This document shows, piece after piece, positions 45,201 through 50,110 of a stretch of DNA of 64,000 nt (positions are counted from its first letter, which is position 1; each line of letters opens with the position of its first letter). A program made the position numbers and the translations under genes. Source of the stretch: Eukaryota sp. TZLM1-RC (Eukaryota > Protista > Metamonada: BaSk clade); contig JAUPSS010000005.1 of the NCBI GenBank assembly GCA_040285825.1, positions 1,302,001-1,366,000 of the forward strand. The letters run 5' to 3'. The notes under the pieces are model-generated. The model saw only the letters and a list, made by a program, of their open reading frames with translations, searched no databases and had not been told where the DNA came from.

Positions 45201-45226
45201 TTAAATGTAACGATGGATTCCGACAA
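21227..45226 (-). CDS. 7,999-aa uninterrupted ORF, central part of a giant modular surface protein (beta-helix repeats, IPT/TIG-like, discoidin-like, ephrin-receptor-like Cys-rich, internal TM cluster)
   Basis: 24-kb open frame in AT-rich DNA. Motifs include ILNGTNLG / IKGQNF / LTGENF, LIIQFAETYQITSITL..FEIELYG, CEPCPLGYY..CINCP, FxWxGG repeats and FYLSPIGINDECCG..PC..IILKEGVY. The listed start is not the true start. Confidence 0.9.
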   Translation of the reverse strand: MSESIVTFKHIEFIDQCTNENPLITLDNSKLDFDDVVVVDSQASSIVVTDSTIFINNVHFRDSKQVGQIMLTNCNFQATGLGFDNVKEILSDEENDLAIDYANDVTAFDNSLMFTNFGSLNPSLLFSTKSFMYITDCFVVNFNVNLIKAITSEVVFTSLNLSNYQCSLFINSTSSSFELNNAVVSDSIGQLLLAQDSSYVAIRNISIENFISHSPLIEVIDSQLCLINFFVSDCEIYSLFYSLESINQFLRTFLTNLTIVNGNLFDIDKSYLEVTKLEMAGHSFNGISNVFACNEKNSMVNSINSTFIIFQSNLIGCVVDVTLFLELSIKDSTAYLLEFPNNLFATKISLINSTMHLNTNHSVLATSIELDEKSSILGKDKYLNLELMIGTLSSIDECVGTKEWIIELSFDNAELIRYFVFIEVFHSVSKQIFSSIDFISIMFEDNYAVHSSLRHLEVHFSLPQLQFNHKQVFDLCAPTVALPPIPTQGKEFILNGTNLGYALLFISSSTIIFTIPGTPIKHENITVNVPPGTGCHVLEVKRSLDDIVVLMTFCFELPVLYNVDPNSFSFQNIVFIKGQNFFNSTDAIHVNFNNANILYSVASVNHTELSLQVHNICDFSSNVSLVVEVDGLASNIYKWSVNLPSYNVSTQSLDPFVEVITLTFNQKLTFDTLTQCNEIEVVGNVPLNWKVAGPTEFELHFNLSGVHNLQLLIDLSHDFAHLIELPIVDFSVLPTEFICITKQLCIIEICADLYSINIYDYYPQSEGDVQVIDYKVLETGCMSVKLVFQEGKTEARLRLCTRFYCNTIHDLPKAVSVDSLSPSSVQWEYRSTDVLMTLTGENFDFYNSILWKKSFIFGGKAIDLSHVAEQFASFTVDFTSIGYQSLQYIGFGSVVDLFTVNCDDFIVIVPFYFPNSELIVHSHYTQSYLELFHASQFFKIYPAENSLSPRADSTIITLNSKIVSKMISLDHVSKFIALNLPYNFAINFPELFTNFEITSLGECFVNHSSTLNNVELEVLGSELEVCVIELVVHYNESKLMKEFIFDVVEPPKLELLGNNYFVKCDTVTIILSISAAFSSFNDYYLSIEGKNLALKLISFVKNLNNYISIIEIVFKPSDLTLTNAVSIVDLELISDLFGPMIVSQLQIFDVEFLSKSTVSIFEPRDVVIRTDTELEPPIYCVIEDEFFTVLIDSFNLICKKVIIPTYKVLVKISIYYYDLEIGTLELNSEPFFVDRCFVPDQLFYVQYSDLVINTEPLSHLFDKTRCCFVASGECYSSLRAGDELIIQFAETYQITSITLTTNSSCSYSFQYSPTRLGNTTNDLWKCESLLNGFDDALMCSIEVDLGNVNSITFEILEDLLIFEIELYGYKSSKCLRPIDDFLGITSVGDFVFIDGYYKFAGKRMENLDSIYSLLDNTLLSQVITEPFAVTYSFSSFECYYSTSELSALIEPHEPHSVFLPNDTIILNSNTFIIELQCRDAFNLLVNCFESNQHNLVNFATFSYNEYYINSPNSIQFDSQGIHPGNHSAQLNVAGNTKLNFLLLQEFKTDLLVNVLQIDQCSRLNVFHSSCVIIKLNLTLKTQDILINYTQILSLFEIESFHDSVSTHHVSSSSELEITGLPLVDIEILFSYQTNFASIELTMKDCDSTRINLNNECHCKPGTVLGSVGECEPCPLGYYLDNPMLGQCINCPLYKITRTIGSSNFSQCICPKSEFDDETSCVKCPKFASCEYGELTTVSYGYMVNLETGLISCPYRYSCRNNQCQFNTRGIDCTNCIAGTNRYGFVCIKNNVFTLTIALVCNLTLAFLLVFGEYYLKFSRNFYNTVLKRLTKPSLSENAIYSLTQSKGQTICPLRILMVLSVFVNGNILLITVPFSLSASLFGYQFGFLVLILCIFANYWFCRKYWEQEFLFSDSYYCHFCLFTGLIGIYGTFSLAENSFVSTGSNEVTFVKGSVVHGKGLLNPGSYGEISFYGNYSASHFISKPFGSLKFFNAFIRNVTEISGSSGELTFFNIDFSFTKWILSEINLNRVTSLFESLPPIQVDYVVINRGSFNGHAIGNSESLLISSLEFSGAVTFHNLTGLVTISNLVGTRSRLYVNSHMNHLILPIVQLTNAQLVVDNMAADLDLPFVSMSFSAGLQLNTMGTVSIDQILMNEDSQFKASILNSLVVSTLESVTSDFISNDVETLSFGSLNQSRNSNTVLTDSRSVSIDSYIANSSTMKATYISDSLDFIEFNQTHDSLSVFDQVLSLSSPLIYQINSCEFKLTDVSSIVIPHISSLVNSTFGVEKVHNFTSDIFINSLSVVYFKFISDFVEVSEVFNLVESDFLVSSTDSLIINSFINEYSSAFSKVDFISMHNFHQNTTNSAHFEAVDINTINVSHFVLSAGRVVFHSVDDSVYNNLELKSNNPVSFTQTKSKSIKILENLDISDQGTLSFANVEFEFDVPGIDLFGNLNLNNFQFASTIPHLALFNSAILSLYTGDDVIINDYFNVYNSSIRKGSDHLTINKDSIFSGGTFEESGTTEYLSSLLIETNSIKTITSKAKLIFNKVVDITSEVDELLFGESQLLFRDVVNVPSAIHFKQVEFPRAEFEFEDCSINLLQNTTIDPFISGNAVFSIADSLILTGGSDLKSTTLDIGNVVIFDSFYLPFCDQVVDYYFDSKSIIRQSPSYLITKSNASVVYSGNYLLDPFYIHQDGSLNFKDSDDIELTSILVENGNFVYESSTSTTGFTILTNFSSVGGSSLFESVNSLYLHDVNLMGGDLLIKSSSTGNNLYLPLISIKNDSVMVIEDSETQVSFIDLESGIFSFTNYPTLLKEQLFINQGSISTGDSHLTLSHSSVTFLLGNGDKHLLPNSNIALHGSLVLDSSGVFHGHYNAKFEVFGSANISIIQPSVWHSAEGVATFLLSSADSVLNVMNDFDISWFIESKAQINVIDDSKFRIAGGGSFDSDIVLCANCTLELADGHFIFPSHSKLRGLNNTLDATYFITDGSSVLFEGVFLLDPNIILGSGYLHFMDGSVYNISSLVVQKGGSIEFSECPNTGIFNVSLLYITGGMAVLNSLSCEFVTPLFYLENGLFYSSLITGDVLIFDFHSINSTVTFGEVNNNFVVENSMSIVHSAFKSNIVGNDWLINSVEIFDSDFNISSIGNSFITAMLDVLNSTFIVVSIQESLIIQNASFTDSFKQIDYIGSDLLIESLISINTVLNFLEIGNNFLISTPLDLVDSKLFVNSVGSKVYIPSLTGLNSEINFINIGGDFNLNEPLYTTNGKFELTFVGGSVFVPGLVVEDGELSFNNIEGEVNIPFINLLSGIVEFDTIEQDITIDSLRVAGGDVIFKDLYGNLIINGMDLNGGSLIFDELITPLVLKFLNINGTFVSFNTNHDVTIDVVKIHGNSTVSGDDLLFVTEYFEWFGGSIDSALIETGPEAQAYIGSEHFKFIDDSTISVKNTIDFIENPTILLGSDSLFDFESSMNTNFQTFTSLYSNNEDSKGNVLILGGDVEFTSVSIIFDLFVEFHGIGKANETLFSFSFGSFFTGTLELIGDCEFNVLDKGVYEFDENSRLIGPFTYLNVGYTESSITSSPTVIFNGLFSLNPSVLIEFGSVYFESLCSFEIHNLTVFHPGKAEFNGVSGPLWTLNHLEVSGILHIFDLRRSLNVYFYQLYGSKSFVHWKDIKKPVTFKNSVFVSDGKLKYENFPNIYHSLLQINNAELITETTKSLKVTKLESSNSDITFYSNPNSIKIEELSLSSSQLTSSTDNDLLITRATIDTSSLGGSDHAFIDDLVFNSGHFYTDVTSVTALLTSEGTKNFRQGVLFTITTHGVYDGGQIIGFSNTEIVIEQSSVFELNGPNLFYTGSTSSRNFHNSAKLSIFGSVSRSIGGSFDCSFELFIEPNGRLDFLDGLIYLLAGGYNKGHFHLHNSASIRLGPSRTKFGYEFGHKSFDLLPGSVTEFNGYLSMDRFSFLNTYSSFFLSSFDFDSGSFYFGPETVLDVYTDDFHCSSHCMVVFDSPAVPLELDSVTVQGGGSITLNNFKQSTFIHFHSLLIEDSVVLFNSGQNVNIGALDLISGILEGLDTVQVDSNWNWKSGRIGSPRSFTSTITFVLNSDCESLIETQRPKHLAYGSVLENSGELTLVHYFPFFIYRSSSIVNSGIFFYGKMCGASICDNLANFDFSAVDIDISVEYPDVSFRPTILNTGDFVKLDGTSTLTNNLPFNQTGTGTFTLNGRFNQRNSDSNLDGLFTIYPSALFDIGSSTGTVKQSSVWNGLEGRLRTSSGGTINFNGYYNLTLDFQHSTGRFTFTKHADYELDSITISGGTMNMHQAKERSQIFDLLKIHSSGGTLNIDNVNQVVDIDEFTQTNGVVNIDTLNNYFNISTMTISGSSGHTTIENVAQNVTFVNRVSNTNGKLTMENLQDWLVFQSGIYIGSSHRFDLTTVENNVFTPKSFDLRGAVNFIDLKQKLIIDDYFNVSTSSARVKFSQILNDVIIRKGLFVFNGQTEFNSISGNTFLPFIHAYSGSVKLFTIKELHVSTEILSETSLTVDNYVFIESPRLITRRGSATVFKNGISYIDVDFVQGTGGYCNVITLPTFETKEFQPHGGNFLFQSLSATFILPNFEIRSGSLVELRSFVSFSPELPIVKILDGTLRLASGKVVTIDHLVLDGSNAKRDGNDIANVNNEIFFKQGCFCGGVTKSLQPLRLTTSGRKDIFAELHAKVLCEIMVNNGQIRGNSNGKLYLEDETNITGDFWFSSTTSSNYPVIYVMDTITFSTAQNRRRIDWFIDIAVNTIHYLNDFELLFGDGGGVIRATFDLQPNTKLAFGSNQAINSRTHHLFTATSIVNCDTCTFDFRTNSAWVKYNGQFNLFTEHVQNYGRFELFSTARHPIKKFVLSNCDVHLLHENVDGADTDYNVELFELNQCGRLNIVNSRYNLNIEKLAINGGSVELSNHDHQVHLPSIVINDGALMFNNFKYSWSHPNVTINSGFICLNTGHDVHFDHFVMRNPVDPARVTCFSSINFQPIYNDNSYNNSLLAGYDSVSFDYTQWLGGSIEVDVDFLIDLHSVDAGDRGFSKGKYVNIHDTTNVGGPGDFYLTGPSTWTVLDDAHMEFTSSVDFISNSRSNLPTLINNNHLNFPIPDISVTLDFIIHNYNLFTSEENTEITFNGPSTSYGSSKYLMEDGSGLHLRHYSHTFKDGVIGVGDGNIHMDSWNFNTHTRKWSPENKVLFDGTWDMSPIFIQPTGNWVFGKNAFINLTEIHLTERAHVLVDGSRSASGNWTFDRLNINTHSWFIIDGTDEQISTRSLVMSSDEFIRFRKSSEALEFTDIELYNGEAEFSTSHHLNFQSLIVDGGTKSGSDDITTNEFVWNCGIIEGSGTIYIKNKGTIGTCRSTQWLSNPSAKQLRDTSKLVFLPGSKLFIDTTNAVNLYHSTSIVIEGYTEMINAYFRERSQNNIIRFMGPLTEAISNVYRIFDAPVEISSGEFHLKEGTINPRRPLNVYSSFYSYGNSELLFGHSSINSTHYFHKDSHYFEVIEGFSQAARFEPSTPFIEVIVQGTFSTSLLHFSIGTITFTGPILLDIAEIRLVNHAVLQFISLDNDLGSVRGFDLRGNSLMLFNTGQGIITFDGFGLLDENAEIFGVNDDVQIIGDSASFEWNGGSFAGDITVDLFTSLTIAGQNPKAIHLGAVVIAHEELEWNSNGNLFGYNGSKLVVSEEGSLKFVSNGQFDCIDRFTNTDKVCDAFIEIFGTASIDPFSMRVVSYWGVFVEGKFTLNMGLFEAFSFIRGDGSLIINYGTTFSFTSASEDSLLGPDSNILSTGAINLFEWTTVYIQGTFETDQLVSVGEGTLVFHDSAVLVNQFDLTVVVGNAIFNKVTQMVPLNTVHCEYGNVTFNTESVVTIDDLLIDHGFLHGSDQVEVLNQFLWQGSGGFGKDSNVFCLTNGEATVPDTTRVMEENATLTNKGYFLFSGYQELLGYGSNIINAKEGHVLFTDLIKWERASFTNDSIMDSYFINYGSIDVTVTQFDCGFVFVHYGVLNLILGEFYFAGGGCSFGPVYAMFGTTVGVDDRPFTFESGDNSYIEGNNFFFGLRNPTGIFYLKTRFSLKQCTIKDNGRFYITDDAFISEEVSVVVRGTQVFFEDFINPDISFTSLELGFNSIVSLVTGHHIIIDELLINGGFRGGTDTVTVKNQFQFRAGGGFQDESITYAEQGSIFIDIFEKEFKDLSTVIFNGPVIWRQESDIRGGLNTTIVFNDVLEIHDTGNFVLYDWDEYEPMTSPNPITIPSQHLTPDSLPVVFVNHGMDLTSDWENIEFKFEWELQNKGNITIPETFVMKVLSGGFDSHPSRLLSSPGSTLEVGDPYPYIFDEESWFYAEKSIIKMTPGSLMSFDGFVCFDSAVIGPAGTIIIRENATMCRPTGIILEGTELIFEEDTEICDFTLKGDYKFHLGELLSITCSFTWYRGVIHGRSFIFIEPQATFFLKLDPEINQPKEDKIYHVLGEGTSFVNYGFGLIKYDLYGDVGAKFVNKGDLNLQAGNWVIHDNQNASLPCLINKNDLVIETSGVVNFDWNITQQSGRFKLKQGHFNVNGFGIVSDQFEIGSETILTINSGFTFFNSNVRLHSPNLVLNDSLITFSNCSVYWGDIDYDFNYENSILTFDEDTTSKSSPGLFTLTDGLIEILDVSNEFTLNKFKQTGGLLYVSSLVSDPIITNYQFQGGVINSAFAWSVTDFVFESGEFVGSEVFSPQKFTIKTDGEKICNTNLNILSGVFESGTVLGTDNCVISSPNFTIATQSLAKLDGCSAIYKNQKLLHVKSGTFEFNFGELNGGEVLVDSHLLFTKCQTLVNSRLNVSNDGKVSFDSEVVFSESSKIVGSGMIEINSNVVIDGIVDFKGCFVISACGNLTLDSATVNNMKMCPPIFYLSPIGINDECCGPSTYPCLSVSKIIEKMGNNGTIILKEGVYNETNFDIDFEFLDVVFQGEGESKMTEIHISCEVIVKNSNLEFSFVQLIYFGTSRFVFLAESTVTFNKMEIIGGCANDEPLITLVKSNVYFDDVVLVGCQSQSIVAIDSTIDLETVLVRDSTATDGHFELTKTTLTMNDVNFQGLEGNVFNIQDNAKVTGTNVGISDSNSNSDDLIVINNSDLTLTTVDLSDTKFSNIIDSKTSTITITDFDIVHHESNTGSFINADDSTFNFTNVKTLGPVDSDGNVISGCANDEPLITLVKSNVDFDDVVVVGCQSQSIVATDSTIDLEAVLVRDSNATDGHFALTNSNFTATDVEFNHLEGKVFDVKSDSKVEGVNVKVIDTNTNNDSMMVTDSSTIDLKQAEIINSCVRPAFKSIDSTVIIADLKVSHPNTYSGSIFDASSNSELTLDNIKIVKESTTSTTVTCLFTDPLFTVDNSEVTLADSSLIGHWSQTLVGINNADVTFTHVDVLDSQASGHVELTNSNFTAFDVEFNNLEGKVFDVNSDSKVQGLNVKVIDTTTNNDPMMVTDSSTIDFKQTEIINSCVRPAFESIDSFIKIDDLKVSHPNTYSGSLFDASSNSELTLDNINIVKESTASTTVICSFTDPLFIVDNSEVTLADSSLIGHLSQTLVGINNADVTFTNVDVLDSEASGHVELTNSNFTATDVEFNNLEGKVFDVNSDSKVQGLNVKVIDTTTNNDPMMITDSSTIDLKQTEIISSCVRPAFKSIDSTIKIHDLKVSHPNTYSGSLFDASSDSELTLDNINIVKESTTSTTVTCSFTDPLFTVDNSEVTLADSSLIGHLAQTLVGINNADVTFTNVDVLDSEASGHVQLTNSNFTATDVEFNDLEGKVFDVKSGSVFDGLRLQILNIDTPSEALMKISSSKFSLIDSQILDSSVFRLIDSISKSEISLNNLDIIDLTSYPGSFINADDSTLDFTNVNTLGPVDSDGKVISGCANDEPLITLVKSNVDFDHVAVVACHSQSIAATDSTIDLDTVLVRDSTATDSHFEFTNSNLKARNVFFQNLLSQASINIQRASNFQSKPIKFQSNFQS
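21841..23470 (-). repeat. 528-bp (176-aa) coding tandem repeat, ~3 copies, flanked by a second repeat type (GCANDEPLITLVKSNV...) at ~21350-21620, 23460-23740 and 24000-24180
   Basis: The marker cttcaaga recurs at 21841, 22369, 22897 and 23425. Confidence 0.92.
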
Positions 45227-46690
45227 GGAAATAGACTTTGCAATTCCAGAAAAAAAAAGAACTTGATAAAAGTGAATTCCAAATTGGAATTGCTTACAAT
45301 AACTTCACATGAAATGTGTATTTCGGTCATTTGTGAGTCACGTTCACCTTGAAATACTACATCCAAAAATTCTAAATCTAAATCGAAATTAGTTCCATTA
45401 TAAACACCTTCTTTCAAAATAATTGTCCCGTTATTACCCATTTTTTCAATGATGTTACTCATTGACAAACAAGGGTATGAAGAGGGACCACAACACTCGT
45501 CATTAATTCCATTGGGGGACAAGTAAAATTTTGAAGGACACATTTTCATGTTGTTTACAGTTGCAGAATCCAAAGTCAATGTGTGACACGCTGAATTAAC
45601 AAAACATCCATTGAAATCAACAATTCCATTAATAACCACATTACTGTTGATTTCTATTATACCAGTTCCAACAATTTTAGAACTTTCTGAAAACACTACT
45701 TCGGAATCAAACGAAACTCTACCATCATTTGAAACATTTAATCTAGAATCGACCATAGTGTGGCATTTCGTGAACAAAAGATGAGAATCAACAAGAAGCT
45801 CACCTCCGTTCAATTCAGCAAAGTTAAATTCAAAAGTTCCAGATTTAACATGTAATAATTTTTGGTTTTTGTAAATAGCAGAACATCCTTCAAGTTTGGC
45901 CAAAGATTGTGTTTCAATAGTAAAATTGGGACTAGAAACTACACAATTATCGGTACCTAGAACAGTTCCAGATTCAAAGACTCCAGACAAAAAATTGAGG
46001 TTAGTATTACAAATCTTCTCCCCATCAGTTTTGATTGTGAACTTTTGGGGGGAGAAAACTTCAGAACCAACAAACTCACCTGATTCGAAAACAAAATTTG
46101 CAACAGACCATGCAGAAGCAGAGTTAATAAGACCACCTTGGAACTGGTACTTGGTTATAATTGGATCAGAAACCAAAGATGACACATAAAGCAAGCCACC
46201 AGTCTGTTTAAACTTATTTAAGGTAAACTCATCAGAAACATTCAAAATTTCAATTAAACCATCAAACCATCAGTCAAAGTGAAAAGACCGGGAGAGCTTC
46301 CCATCACAGCATCAGTTATACTAGATGAACTTCCATCATGGAATAACAATTGACCACCAGCAACGTCCCACAACGAATCTGAAAAATCGATTCTAGAATT
46401 TTTAGTAATGTTAATTAAACCTGAATAAACTACCTCTACAATAGAAAGATTTTTGATTAAAACATCTAAAATTTGAGTAGATCCGCCAGAAATATTGAGC
46501 TTCAACTCGTCAATAATTCCAAAAGCTTGAAATTAACCCCCAGTTTGAACAATAAAACCTTTTTCAACGTAAAGATCCTGAGCAAAGGTAACTTCACCAT
46601 CATCAATCAATAACTTTCCAGAATGATCAACTAAACCATCAATAACAACATAAGATTCTGGTCTAGAAACGTGAATATTTCCAGGTGAAT
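45118..46690 (-). pseudogene. Disrupted segment of the giant locus; 45200-46299 duplicates 24180-25283
   Basis: ORFs 45118-46245 and 46254-46505. Lesions: A9 run at 45250, 8-bp duplication 46257-46272, TAA at 46533-46535, 409-bp deletion near 46690. Confidence 0.85.
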
Positions 46691-49600
46691 TTTCATATTT
46701 TTAGTAATACCAGAATCATAAATTTTACCTCCTTTCCAAGTAAAAACATTAGAAACTTCAATAATGCCAAAACCAGATCTTTTTCCACCATTCATAAAAA
46801 GATTTTCTATATAAAGATCATTAAAGGAATTGAAAAATAATTCACCCCCATCTATAATAACAGTTTCAAATAAAGGTTGGGTTTGAACAGAAGAATCAAA
46901 AATAATGAGATCGCCACCAGTTAAATGAAGAGACGAATTAATTATGGAAATTTGGAACATTGAATGGAAAACAACCTCACCACCATTAATTTCGATTTGA
47001 GATTGATTGAAATCTATAGTAGAAATTTCAAATAAATTAACAATTCCTCCATTACAAATTATTGATTGATATTGTTGAATTACTGTTCCAAATACATTGA
47101 GTTGTCCACCATTTACTTCACTATTGATCAGATTTACTTCTGAGTCTTCTTTAAAGTTGACTATTCCGCTATTTATAACAAGATTGACTTGGTCAACCAA
47201 AACATTGTTGGCAAAAGTAACTTCACCATCATCAATGAATAACTTTCCAGAATGATCAACTAAATCATCAATAACAACATAAGATTCTGGTCTAGAAACG
47301 TGAATATTTCCTAGTGAATTAGAAACAATTGAAATATTTAAAAAGTCAAAATTTCCTGTTAATTCCAATGTGCAACTTTCATCAATTTGAATTGTATTAG
47401 TAGAAAAAGAGTCTGTTCCAATTGATAAAGTACCATTTTCAATTAAAACCAAATCATGGTTTTGGAGACCCAGAAGAAATTCAAAAGTGTCAGCAGTGGA
47501 AATTTTAGCAAATATACCATAATTGATAAATAAAGGCAATGCTTCATTTTCAGAAGTGGGATTCAATTCACCTTGGCCTCCAATTTCAAAGACAGCATAT
47601 GGCTTATTGATGATTCTGGTAAAAGCACCAGCTTCAAGTGTTCCTTCAAGAAGGGTCACATTACCATAATTAACCAAAGTGTGACCATCATCTATCTCCA
47701 TTAAGGAGTCACCTTCAACCAGCATTAGTTTCATATTTTTAGTAATACCAGAATCATAAAGTTTACCCCCTTTCCAAGTAAAAACATTAGAAACTTCAAT
47801 AATGCCAAAACCAGATCTTTTTCCACCATTCATATAAAGATTTTCTATATAAAGATCATTAAAGGAATTGAAGAATAATTCACCCCCATCTATAATAACA
47901 GTTTCAAATAAAGGTTGGGTTTGAACAGAAGAATCAAAAATAATGAGATCGCCACCAGTTAAATGAAGAATGGAATTAATTATGGAAATTTGGGATAATG
48001 GATGGAAAACAACCTCACCACCATTAATTTCAATTTGAGATTGATTGAAATCTATAGTAGAAATTTCAAATAAATTAACAATTCCTCCATTACAAATTAT
48101 TGATTGATATTGTTGAATTACTGTTCCAAATACATTGAGTTGTCCACCATTTACTTCACTATTGATCAGATTTACTTCTGAGTCTTCTTTAAAGTTGACT
48201 ATTCCGCTATTTATAACAAGATTGACTTGGTCAACCAAAACATTGTTGGCAAAAGTAACTTCACCATCATCAATGAATAACTTTCCAGAATGATCAACTA
48301 AACCATCAATAACAACATAAGATTCTGGTCTAGAAACGTGAATATTTCCTAGTGAATTAGAAACAATTGAAATATTTAAAAAGTCAAAATTTCCTGTTAA
48401 TTCCAATGTGCAACTTTCATCAATTTGAATTGTATTAGTAGAAAAAGAGTCTGTTCCAATTGATAAAGTACCATTTTCAATTAAAACCAAATCATGGTTT
48501 TGGAGACCTAGAAGAAATTCAAAAGTGTCAGCAGTGGAAATTTTAGCAAATATACCATAATTGATAAATAAAGGCAATGCTTCATTTTCAGAAGTGGGAT
48601 TTAATTCACCTTGGCCTCCAATTTCAAAGACAGCATATGGCTTATTGATGATTCTGGTAAAAGCACCAGCTTCAAGTCTTCCTTCAAGAAAGGTCACAAT
48701 ACCATAATTAACCAAAGTATGACCATCATCTATCTTCATTAAGGAGTCACCTTCAACCAACATTAGTTTCATATTTTTAGTAATACCAGAATCATAAAGT
48801 TTACCTCCTTTCCAAGTAAAAACATTAGAAACTTCAATAATGCCAAAACCAGATCTTTTTCCACCATTCATAAAAAGATTTTCTATATAAAGATCATTAG
48901 AGGAATTGAAAAATAATTCACCCCCATCTATAATAACAGTTTCAAATAAAGGTTGGGTTTGAACAGAAGAATCAAAAATAATGAGATCGCCACCAGTTAA
49001 ATGAAGAGACGAATTAATTATGGAAATTTGGGACATTGAATGGAAAACAACCTCACCACCATTAATTTCGATTTGAGATTGATTGAAATCTATAGTAGAA
49101 ATTTCAAATAAATTAACAATTCCTCCATTACAAATTATTGATTGATATTGTTGAATTACTGTTCCAAATACATTGAGTTGTCCACCATTTACTTCACTAT
49201 TGATCAGATTTACTTCTGAGTCTTCTTTAAAGTTGACTATTCCGTTATTTATAACAAGATTGACTTGGTCAACCAAAACATTGTTGGCAAAAGTAACTTC
49301 ACCATCATCAATGAATAACTTTCCAGAATGATCAACTAAACCATCAATAACAACATAAGATTCTGGTCTAGAAACGTGAATATTTCCTAGTGAATTAGAA
49401 ACAATTGAAGTATTTAAAAAGTCAAAATTTCCTGTTAATTCCAATGTGCAACTTTCATCAATTTGAATTGTATTAGTAGAAAAAGAGTCTGTTCCAATTG
49501 ATAAAGTACCATTTTCAATTAAAACCAAATCATGGTTTTGGAGACCTAGAAGAAATTCAAAAGTGTCAGCAGTGGAAATTTTAGCAAATATACCATAATT

Positions 49601-50110
49601 GATAAATAAAGGCAATGCTTCATTTTCAGAAGTGGGATTTAATTCACCTTGGCCTCCAATTTCAAAGACAGCATATGGCTTATTGATGATTCTGGTAAAA
49701 GCACCAGCTTCAAGTCTTCCTTCAAGAAAGGTCACAATACCATAATTAACCAAAGTATGACCATCATCTATCTTCATTAAGGAGTCACCTTCAACCAACA
49801 TTAGTTTCATATTTTTAGTAATACCAGAATCATAAAGTTTACCTCCTTTCCAAGTAAAAACATTAGAAACTTCAATAATGCCAAAACCAGATCTTTTTCC
49901 ACCATTCATATAAAGATTTTCTATATAAAGATCATTAGAGGAATTGAAAAATAATTCACCCCCATCTATAATAACAGTTTCAAATAAAGGTTGGGTTTGA
50001 ACAGAAGAATCAAAAATAATGAGATCGCCACCAGTTAAATGAAGAATGGAATTGGCTATGGAAATTTGGGACAATGGATGGAAAACAACCTCACCACCAT
50101 TGATTTCGAG
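46592..50110 (-). repeat. 1038-bp (346-aa) near-identical coding tandem repeat, ~3.4-3.8 units, with the last unit deleted by 409 bp
   Basis: The marker cttcaccatcatcaat occurs at 46592, 47221, 48259 and 49297. Confidence 0.93.

Noticed and set aside
21227-45226. Genome-wide TAA/TAG=Gln genetic code
   Set aside because: The 7,999 codons include many Gln but no TAA or TAG, and intact genes end in TAG or TAA.
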